Positions 10,550 through 18,302 of a stretch of 64,000 nucleotides of DNA are shown here, piece after piece; the first letter of the stretch is position 1; each line of letters begins with the position of its first letter. Origin of the DNA: Candidatus Latescibacterota bacterium (lineage in GTDB: Bacteria; Latescibacterota; UBA2968; UBA8231); assembly GCA_965197905.1 (NCBI GenBank), contig CBDAOB010000005.1, forward strand, positions 2,112,001 to 2,176,000, read 5' to 3'. A model generated the notes under the pieces. That model was not told the origin of the DNA and did no database searches. It saw only the letters and a list, made by a program, of their open reading frames with translations. A program made the translations under genes and the position numbers.

Positions 10550-10653
10550 TTCATGGCAAAAAACGAGCTATCCTCGACGGCTGCACTGCGGAAAGGAGGT
10601 GAATCCGAAAGCGCAGGACAGGCCCGCCGAAGTAGCCCTTTTTGGCCTCGATC

Positions 10654-12588
10654 CTACTTGAGCAAGGTTACCGAACGGGTGGCCGAGAACTCTCCAGCTT
10701 GCATCCGGTAGAAGTAGACCCCGCTCGACACCTGCTGGCCGCTGGCATCGACGGCGTCCCAGGTGCTCTTGTAGGCGCCGGCGCTCAACTCGTCGTTCAC
10801 CAGGCTGTTGACCAGCTGACCGGCGGTATTGTAGATCTCGATCTGGACGTAGCCGTCGGCCGGTACGGTGAACTCGACGGTGGTCTCCGGGTTGAAGGGG
10901 TTGGGATAGGCCGAACCCAGGCTGTAGCTATCCGGCGTGCCGGCGCTCTCAACCTCTGCAACCGCGGTCACGCCCGCGCCCAGGCGGCCGCTTTTCATAT
11001 CGTACGGTATGTGCAGCATCAAACCCGGCAGCCACCGCCCCTCCTCCTGGCCCACGAAGTTGCGCGACGCCAGGCCGACCTTGGAGCCCTGATACCAGCC
11101 ATCCCACGGGCCGGGGCCGACGGGGCTGCCGCAGAGCGGCTGGCCGCCGCTGGAAGAGCAGTTGTTCTGCACCAGGTTTATATGATCGACCTGGGTGGGA
11201 ATGGTCGGCACCTTGTGCGGATCGAAGAAGATGTTGAAGAGCCCCGAGCCGTCGCGCCCCAGGGCCGTCCAGCCGTAGCCCAGCTCGTTGTGCCGTGGGC
11301 TGGCGTAGACAACCTTTCCGCTGCGATCCGCCTGGATCTGAATCGGAAAACCGGCCGCCGGCGGCAACCCCGTCTCGGCGGACTGCTCGTGGGTGACGCG
11401 GTCGATGAATCCGTCCCCGTTGCCGTTGGCCCAGATGATGCGGCCGTCGTGGTTCACCTTGAAGGCGCCGAAGTTTTGGTGGCTCTGGTTGGAGGCGTAG
11501 ACACCGCTGGCATCGACGGAGAGGTGGTTCGGACCGCCGGCCCTGATTATCTCATTGCCGTCGTCGTCCACCTGCACATACTGGACCCATTCCTGGATAT
11601 TCAGCTGTTTGGCGATCTCGCCCGTGCCCTTATCCCAGTAGTCTAAGGTGCTCTGCGGAACGTCGGCCCGGCTCCACATCGCTGCGATAATGAACTCGGA
11701 GTTGTGAATCTCGAAGTCCCACAGTCGCGCCTCGACGTTGGTGGCTGTGGCGTACCCATTGTCTGCCCAGTCGGTGACCGCATCCCAGCTCTTGGCGGCC
11801 CGGTTGATCCGCATCTTGTAGACGCCAACGCCCTCGCCTTCATTGCCGGAGGCGGAGAAGTAGATCTCCTGATCGTCGGGATCTGGTTTGATGGGGGAAA
11901 AGGTGCGCGTGCCCTCGCGTTCCACCACCTGGTTGTGGGTCCAGTCCTCCCAGCCATTGGGGTCGGCGATCAAGTCGGTGCCCAGGACGGTGCGATACAG
12001 GTCACCCCACCGCATCGACCGTTCCGGGCGGTCGCGGCCGTATTCCTCGCCCCAGACTTCCCCGGTGCGCATGTCGATCACGTCACCGGCACGTCCCCCG
12101 CGCCCTTGCGCGGCCACGAGGACAGCCGGGTCGATATGGTTCAGGGCGATCAGGTCGAACTCGTAGTTGCCCGAGCCCACCGCATTCCCCTCCCAGTCTC
12201 TGCCATTCCAGGTGATCGTACTGTTGCCGGCCTCGAATCTCCCCGAGGCCGTGGCAACGTAGAGGTCCTGCGGTACCCCCCGGAACCAGGCGCCGAACGG
12301 ACCGCGATCGCCGGTTGTGTTGTTGCCGATCTCGTAGACCGCCAGCCACACCTCGGCCCGCTGGTTCATGGTGAACGGAATGCTGACGCTACCGTTGCCG
12401 TCCCAGCGCACGTCCTGGACGTTCAGGCGCAGGGGGGTCACCGACCCGGATCTTTCCGGGAAGCTAAAGGTCTCTCTGTCAAACTCGAACTCGGCGGGAT
12501 AACCGGTGAGAGCGTCTTCCGACCAGACCACGCCAGTGGCCAGTAGCATCAGGGCCGCTCCCAGAAGTGAAGAACGCAATAGCCGCAT
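10654..12588 (-). CDS. Secreted protein with N-terminal FlgD-Ig-like domain and C-terminal T9SS-type/FlgD domain
   Basis: ATG at 12588 after AGGAGG; signal peptide MRLLRSSLLGAALMLL; AYPNPFNPETT...SSGVYFYRMQAG...VTLLK. Confidence 0.85.
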   Translation of the reverse strand: MRLLRSSLLGAALMLLATGVVWSEDALTGYPAEFEFDRETFSFPERSGSVTPLRLNVQDVRWDGNGSVSIPFTMNQRAEVWLAVYEIGNNTTGDRGPFGAWFRGVPQDLYVATASGRFEAGNSTITWNGRDWEGNAVGSGNYEFDLIALNHIDPAVLVAAQGRGGRAGDVIDMRTGEVWGEEYGRDRPERSMRWGDLYRTVLGTDLIADPNGWEDWTHNQVVEREGTRTFSPIKPDPDDQEIYFSASGNEGEGVGVYKMRINRAAKSWDAVTDWADNGYATATNVEARLWDFEIHNSEFIIAAMWSRADVPQSTLDYWDKGTGEIAKQLNIQEWVQYVQVDDDGNEIIRAGGPNHLSVDASGVYASNQSHQNFGAFKVNHDGRIIWANGNGDGFIDRVTHEQSAETGLPPAAGFPIQIQADRSGKVVYASPRHNELGYGWTALGRDGSGLFNIFFDPHKVPTIPTQVDHINLVQNNCSSSGGQPLCGSPVGPGPWDGWYQGSKVGLASRNFVGQEEGRWLPGLMLHIPYDMKSGRLGAGVTAVAEVESAGTPDSYSLGSAYPNPFNPETTVEFTVPADGYVQIEIYNTAGQLVNSLVNDELSAGAYKSTWDAVDASGQQVSSGVYFYRMQAGEFSATRSVTLLK

Positions 12589-12831
12589 CTGTTCTATCCT
12601 CCTACTATGGCGTGAGCGTGCCAGCCAGCTGCCCACGTGAAGTGATTGAGTAACCGTAACATCCTGGCGGCTGGACCAGGAAAAAGAAAATTTTGAAATG
12701 ATTATGGCTTATACTGACCATCTAGCTCGGACAACATTCATATAAACGATGCGATCACGAACTTGCTCAGTTGGCACGGATCAGAGCAAACACGGGTTTT
12801 TTTATTCTCTGAACTCCAGAATTTGCCCGTC

Positions 12832-12859
12832 AATATAATCAGAAACATCTGAGTGTCAA
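12832..12859 (-). promoter_or_regulatory. Putative sigma70 promoter for the leftward operon
   Basis: TTGACA-N16-TATATT in an AT-rich intergenic region; operator variant TTGTTGACAA at 12873..12882. Confidence 0.4.
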
Positions 12860-12931
12860 AATTTTCCCATTTTTGTTGACAATAGTCGTCGAACCTTCGA
12901 CATCTCTTCAGAAAAGATCATAGATTACTCT

Positions 12932-13056
12932 GCTTATCAGGCGGGGCAACCATTCTTCTACGGGATGGGGCTTGCCTACGTGCTGGGGGTGTTCCTGTCT
13001 ACGGTGGTGGACATGATCTGGTTTCCCACCACCGGCCCCGTGTCCACGGATGGTAA
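12932..13056 (+). pseudogene. 3' remnant of a DUF6785 gene
   Basis: Encodes AYQAGQPFFYGMGLAYVLGVFLSTVVDMIWFPTTG, then a 1-bp deletion relative to the C-terminus of 1042..2979; no start codon. Confidence 0.85.
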
Positions 13057-13093
13057 CACGCAGCCGGGTGCTATGAGTGTCTGCCGCCAAGAA

Positions 13094-13103
13094 TTGTCGA
13101 CAA
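13094..13103. promoter_or_regulatory. Palindromic operator TTGTCGACAA (GntR/FadR type)
   Basis: Perfect palindrome 56 nt upstream of the dipeptidase B start. Confidence 0.55.
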
Positions 13104-13159
13104 AAATTTCAGATTTTTGGCAATAACATTCGTAGCCTACGATCAGGGAGGAAAATTGG

Positions 13160-14491
13160 ATGAAAGATGCGCTGACCAATCCCGAGGAGTTGGCTTCGAG
13201 CGAACGCGTACGCACCTACCTGCGCGGCAGCCGTGAAGCCGTGCTGGCTGAACTGCAGGCATCGGAACGGGAAATAGAACGCGGCCTGGACCTGCACCGC
13301 AACACCATCGTATGCGATCTGTGTGGCGGTGGCCGCGGCCACGGTTACACGCCCGAGATGGACGATCTCGTGCGCCGGCGCCTGAACGAAACCGCGGACG
13401 ATGATCTGACCGACGCACCGCCTGTTGTCTATGCCACGCACTCGGTTCCGGCGAAGTTCTATCGCGCGAGTCAGATCATGGCAGAAGCAGATGCGCTGCG
13501 GCCGCTGGCGATGGCCCGCAATGCCGATCTGCGGGCCGACAACTACGCCCTGCTGCAGGCTGCGGGCAAAACCCTCTTTACCACCGGCTCCGGCGGCGTC
13601 GAAGGACTTGCCAGCTTCAACTATTTCTTCGACGAGGTCGATTTCGTGCACCGCGTCGTGCGCATGGATCAGGTAGAAAAACTAAAAGCCAGGGGAGAGT
13701 GGGGCATCCTCTACCATCTGCACAGCGCCGGCCCCCTGCGGCCCGAGTCGAAAAGTGCTCTCGACGACTTGGAGGAGTATTACCGCCTCGGTGTGCGCTG
13801 GTCCATGCTCTTCGACAATGAGCTCGGCGGCAGACAGTGGCACCCCGAGCGCGGCCTCTCCGACCAGGGACGCGAGGCTATGCGGCGCATGAACGAGCTG
13901 GGGATCATCGTGGACCCAAGTCACTGCCCGCAGCAAACCACGCTCGAGATGGTCGAAACCTCCGAAAAGCCGGTTATCGTCAGCCACGTAGGCTGCAAGG
14001 CGGTGCATCCCGGCTACTGCCGCGATCGCAACATCACCGATGAATCCATGAAGGCTGTCGCGGACAAGGGCGGGCTCGTCGGGATCTGCAGCATCTTTAC
14101 TCTGCTGGGCGAGAACAGCATCGAGATGTTCATGCGCCACGTGGATCACGCCGCCCAGCTGATCGGCACCGACCACATCGGCTTCGCCAGCGATGCCGGT
14201 CCCGGCTTCGCCCTGGAACTACCCGAGACGATCGAGGCCATCACGCCGGACCAGTGGAATACCGCTAACCCGTGGGACCTCACCTTGGAGACCCAATCGC
14301 AGCACGCCCACATGGCCAATTCCAACGAAGCGAACTGGAAGATCTACACGGAGCCCCATGCCCTTTCCGAGTGCTGCTGGCCCTACAACGTGACCGTGGC
14401 GCTGGTGCAGCGCGGTTATTCAGACGACGACATACAAAAGATGATTGGCGGCAACTTCATGAGGGTCGCACCCGGCATACTCGGACACTGA
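13160..14491 (+). CDS. Membrane dipeptidase (peptidase M19 family) paralog B
   Basis: 443 aa; GLSDQGREAMRRMNELGIIVDPSH, RNITDE, HIGFASD, GGNFMRV. Confidence 0.88.
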   Translation: MKDALTNPEELASSERVRTYLRGSREAVLAELQASEREIERGLDLHRNTIVCDLCGGGRGHGYTPEMDDLVRRRLNETADDDLTDAPPVVYATHSVPAKFYRASQIMAEADALRPLAMARNADLRADNYALLQAAGKTLFTTGSGGVEGLASFNYFFDEVDFVHRVVRMDQVEKLKARGEWGILYHLHSAGPLRPESKSALDDLEEYYRLGVRWSMLFDNELGGRQWHPERGLSDQGREAMRRMNELGIIVDPSHCPQQTTLEMVETSEKPVIVSHVGCKAVHPGYCRDRNITDESMKAVADKGGLVGICSIFTLLGENSIEMFMRHVDHAAQLIGTDHIGFASDAGPGFALELPETIEAITPDQWNTANPWDLTLETQSQHAHMANSNEANWKIYTEPHALSECCWPYNVTVALVQRGYSDDDIQKMIGGNFMRVAPGILGH

Positions 14492-14555
14492 AGGATATAA
14501 TGTCCTGTTCAATTAGTGTGTTCACAGAGGCCTGAATCTTCAATCGGAGAAATCG

Positions 14556-15314
14556 ATGTCTGACACAAAGAAAGAGGGCGGCGAACGGGTGCTGGAGCGC
14601 CATCACGTCAGGGAGGGGCTGGAGGAGATGGTCCTCAGCGGTCGGTACCCGCCTGGCGCCAAACTTGTGCAGGACGAACTGGCCGGCAATTTCGGGGTAG
14701 CCCGTGGTGTAGTGCGAGAAGCCCTGCTGGAGCTGCAGGCATCGGGGCTGGTCCACACAGTGGATAACCGTGGGGTCTTCGTCAGTGACCTGACGGGAGA
14801 AACCTTCATCGAAGTCTACGCCATGAGCGAAGTGCTCGAAGGGCTGGCGGCGCGCCAGTGCTGCGATCACTGTACCCGAGCACAAATCCGCGAGTTGAAG
14901 CAGCAAGTCCAGGAGATCTATACCCTCGGCGCACAACGCCGCTTTGAGGAGATGGCAGATCTGGACCGTGCTTTCCATCGGCGCGTACTGGAGCTCTCCG
15001 GCAACAAGATGCTGGTTCAGACTACCCGGCGGTTTCAGGTATTGCGCAAAACGTTGCGACCTGTGAGGAATCTCCAACGGGTGCGCGAAGAGCATCAGTC
15101 CATTCTGAAAGCTATCGAGCGGAACGACCCTCTTGAAGCGGAGCGCCTGATGCGTCGGCACCTGGCGGGCAGTAGAGAATTCATCGAGGATCAGATTGCG
15201 ACTGGAGCTTTTGTGCCCACGTGGCTGAAATCGCCCGAAGATAGGGACGGGCACATGACGTATCTCTTCGAGGACAAAGACTCGACAGAAACTCAAGCTG
15301 ATTTGGCTCCATAA
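14556..15314 (+). CDS. GntR/FadR family transcriptional regulator (FCD domain)
   Basis: wHTH PGAKLVQDELAGNFGVARGVVREALLEL; FCD motifs DRAFH and EEHQSILKAI. Confidence 0.92.
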   Translation: MSDTKKEGGERVLERHHVREGLEEMVLSGRYPPGAKLVQDELAGNFGVARGVVREALLELQASGLVHTVDNRGVFVSDLTGETFIEVYAMSEVLEGLAARQCCDHCTRAQIRELKQQVQEIYTLGAQRRFEEMADLDRAFHRRVLELSGNKMLVQTTRRFQVLRKTLRPVRNLQRVREEHQSILKAIERNDPLEAERLMRRHLAGSREFIEDQIATGAFVPTWLKSPEDRDGHMTYLFEDKDSTETQADLAP

Positions 15315-15718
15315 CTTCAATCCAACGGACGCGCAATCGCATGTGCCTTCCTATGTGGATTCGACCCGGACGGAACTGATGTGGTGACGTGGATGTCGCG
15401 TATGAAGAAATCCAGGACACCGGCGGAGGAATCCGTAATACCGGAGATACGGCTTTCCGACTCCGATCAGATTGGACCAGATCGGCAACTCGAACGATCT
15501 GACAGCGTGAACTGCTGCTATCAGGTGGGCGGTTGCGTCGCCGACCCATCGTCCTTCTCCGCGCGCCAGTAGAATCGGAGCCAGATGGCGGACAGAAGAA
15601 GCAACGCCGATCAGGTTCGACGGTGCCGACCGAGTGCCGCCAGAATCGCTTGCTTCCCTCCGGTTTGAGCGCAGGAGACGACTCTCCCAAGAGCATTCAG
15701 AACACATATATTTAGGCC

Positions 15719-16534
15719 ATGCTGAACATAGTGGTAGCGCTGCCTTCGGAAGCGGGTCCTCTGGTCGACAGATGGTCGATGAAACCTGCGGCTTCAAGCT
15801 CTTCGTATCCGCTGTATGAAGCCGAAGACAAACGTCTCATAGTCAGCGGCAGCGGCCGGGATGCGTCTGCCCTTGCGACCGCTTTTCTGGCCGGGCATAG
15901 TGGCCCAGGTGGCGCGGATGGCTGGCTCAACGTGGGCATTGCCGGCGCCGCGGGTTATCCGCTCGGAACACCGATACTCGCCCACAAGGTCGTCGACGGC
16001 ACGACGGATGCGACCTACTACCCCGCCATCACCTTCCGACCACCCTGCGTTACCGCCGCCGTCCAGACCGTGGACCAGGTGGAGCGTCAGTACGCCGGCT
16101 CTGACGCCTACGAGATGGAGGCGGGCGGATTCTGTCTGGCCGCGTCGCGCTTCGCTTCTGTGGAGCAGGTGCAAGTTTTCAAGATAATCTCCGATGGTCC
16201 CGAATCGCCGCCAGAGCAGCTCTCTAAAAACCTGATTCGGGACCTGGTAGCTGAGGTTGTACCGCAGGTGGAGGATGTAATCAACGAACTGGATCAGGTC
16301 GAAAAGCTGGTCGATCGCCAACGTTCGGATCCAGCGCATCTGGATCGATTCCGCAGTCGCTGGCACTTTACCGCCTCGCAGCAGCAGCAACTGCGCCGCT
16401 TGCTCCGGTCTCTCGAAGCCTTCGGCGACATCAGACAACCCACAGACGAGATCCTGGCTGTGATCGAATCCAGCCATCAGGTCCTCGCCACCTTGGAAAG
16501 CGAACTGGACCGATCCAGTTTGAGGCTGTGTTAG
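15719..16534 (+). CDS. Purine/MTA nucleosidase-phosphorylase family protein
   Basis: IVVALPSEA, NVGIAG, YEMEAGG and KIISD motifs of the PNP_UDP_1 fold. Confidence 0.75.
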   Translation: MLNIVVALPSEAGPLVDRWSMKPAASSSSYPLYEAEDKRLIVSGSGRDASALATAFLAGHSGPGGADGWLNVGIAGAAGYPLGTPILAHKVVDGTTDATYYPAITFRPPCVTAAVQTVDQVERQYAGSDAYEMEAGGFCLAASRFASVEQVQVFKIISDGPESPPEQLSKNLIRDLVAEVVPQVEDVINELDQVEKLVDRQRSDPAHLDRFRSRWHFTASQQQQLRRLLRSLEAFGDIRQPTDEILAVIESSHQVLATLESELDRSSLRLC

Positions 16535-16544
16535 GGGGTGTCCC

Positions 16545-17561
16545 TTGTTCGACATCGTGTATGTGGAGGAGGAAATCGCGGATCACCCGCGGGCCGGAAA
16601 GGTGTTGGAGCGATTTCCTCACGCAGCGCGGGTTCCGTGCCGGCGGTACGGAGAGGTGTTTAATCGCAAGACACAGAATTTCCGAGTGCAGAAGCGTCAC
16701 CCGGCATTGATCCTGGCTCGCAAACATGGCCGCCTGGTGCTTCCCGCCCCACCTGAGTACGGGATCGGAGGCGAGCGAAATTTCTACTTCTCCCACATGC
16801 TCAACTGCCTCTACGACTGCCGCTACTGTTTTCTACAGGGCATGTACCGATCGGCGCACATGGTGCTCTTCCTCAACTACGAGGACTTTCAGCGAGAGAT
16901 CAGGGAAACGGTGTCGCGGAATTCGGACTCCTCCGTTCATTTCTTCACCGGGTACGACTGTGACAGCCTGGCGTTGGAACAGGTGTCGCTGTTCGTCAGC
17001 TCCTTTCTCAGCTTCTTCGCCGAGGAATCGCGTGCCTGTTTCGAGTTGCGCACCAAAAGCATTGCCACAAAACCTCTGCTCGCATCTAGGGCTTTGACCA
17101 ACTGCATCGTGGCGTTCAGTCTTTCTCCGGAGTCGGTAGCTAGAACCCTCGAATTGGGCGCCCCTTCCCTGTCACGACGGCTGGAGGCGATGGCTGAGTT
17201 ACAGCGTCATGGCTGGCCTCTGGGGTTGCGATTCGATCCGATCGTGTACCATGAGAACTGGACGCGGAACTACGAGGGACTCTTCGCCGCCGTTTTCCGC
17301 GCCGTGGACGGTGGTCAGGTCCATTCTGTCAGCCTCGGCCCCTTTCGCCTACCACGGCAGTATTACAAGACGGTTACACGGCTCTACCCTGAAGAAAGGA
17401 TGTTTGCTGGCCACTTGGCGGACAAAGAGGGCGTCGTCACCTACACGGACGAGATCAGACAAGAGATGCAGGAGTTCTGTCATCGACAGATTCTGCGTTA
17501 CGTCCGCCCGGATGCGTTCTTCCCCTGCGTCAAGCCCGACGGGATTGAGGTGCTCTCATGA
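16545..17561 (+). CDS. Spore photoproduct lyase-like radical SAM protein
   Basis: CxxxCxxC (NCLYDCRYCFLQG), FELRTKS, AFSLSP and GLRFDPI motifs. Confidence 0.85.
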   Translation: MFDIVYVEEEIADHPRAGKVLERFPHAARVPCRRYGEVFNRKTQNFRVQKRHPALILARKHGRLVLPAPPEYGIGGERNFYFSHMLNCLYDCRYCFLQGMYRSAHMVLFLNYEDFQREIRETVSRNSDSSVHFFTGYDCDSLALEQVSLFVSSFLSFFAEESRACFELRTKSIATKPLLASRALTNCIVAFSLSPESVARTLELGAPSLSRRLEAMAELQRHGWPLGLRFDPIVYHENWTRNYEGLFAAVFRAVDGGQVHSVSLGPFRLPRQYYKTVTRLYPEERMFAGHLADKEGVVTYTDEIRQEMQEFCHRQILRYVRPDAFFPCVKPDGIEVLS

Positions 17562-18265
17562 AGCTGCTGGTCAGCGGAGCCACTTCGGGCATTGGTCGCG
17601 CAACCTGCGAGCGCTTACTGGCAGAAGGGAATGAGGTGTTCGGCGTGGCGCGCGACTTGAAGAAGTTCCCCTGCGATCATGCTCGCTACCACGCCAGGAG
17701 CCTGGATCTCGCCGATCTCGACAAGCTGCCCTCCAGGCTGAAGGAGCTCATCGAGATTGTAGGGACTCCAGAAGGCCTGGTGTGCAACGCCGGCGCCGGG
17801 CGTTTTGGAGAGCTGGAGCAGTTCTCTTACGCCCAGATATCCCACCTGATCGATCTGAATTTTACCAGCCACGCCTTCCTGGTCCGCGCTTTCTTGCCGC
17901 TCATGAAACGCGCGGGGCGAGGTAGAGTGCTGTTCGTGGGATCAGAAGCGGCGTTGCAAGGGGCACAGAAAGGGGCGGTTTATTGCGCCAGCAAATTTGC
18001 GCTGCGCGGGTTCGCCCAATCCCTGCGCGCCGAATGTGCTCGGTCCGGGATCGCCGTCTCGATCGTCAACCCCGGCATGGTGCGCTCGGATTTCTATCGG
18101 GATCTCCAGTTTGCGCCGGGGCAAGACGCCGACCATCATCTCGAGCCGGAGGATGTTGCGGAGGTCATCGTCGGCATCTTGAATGCGCGGCCGGAGGCCG
18201 TCGCCGAGGAAGTCAACATAACCCCTTTGAAACGCTCAATCGATTTTTCGGGGAGCAAAGATTGA
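17558..18265 (+). CDS. SDR family oxidoreductase
   Basis: SGATSGIG, CNAG, YCASK and NPG motifs; ATGA overlap with the previous gene. Confidence 0.92.
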   Translation: MKLLVSGATSGIGRATCERLLAEGNEVFGVARDLKKFPCDHARYHARSLDLADLDKLPSRLKELIEIVGTPEGLVCNAGAGRFGELEQFSYAQISHLIDLNFTSHAFLVRAFLPLMKRAGRGRVLFVGSEAALQGAQKGAVYCASKFALRGFAQSLRAECARSGIAVSIVNPGMVRSDFYRDLQFAPGQDADHHLEPEDVAEVIVGILNARPEAVAEEVNITPLKRSIDFSGSKD

Positions 18266-18302
18266 ACGGTTGCCGCGTTTTGATCCGCAGCCGCAAACGA
18301 GT

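Larger units (their letters stand above)
12932..14082. repeat. Right arm of diverged inverted duplication (partner 1..1167)
   Basis: Position 13160 maps to 923 and 14082 maps to 1. Confidence 0.9.

Noticed and set aside
12771..12790. TGGCAC sigma54-like site
   Set aside because: GG-to-GC spacing is 11 rather than 10
15315..15718. Small ORFs, a glyoxalase-like relic (DVDVAYEEIQ) or an ncRNA in this 400-bp gap
   Set aside because: The similarity is too short and fragmented to support without a search
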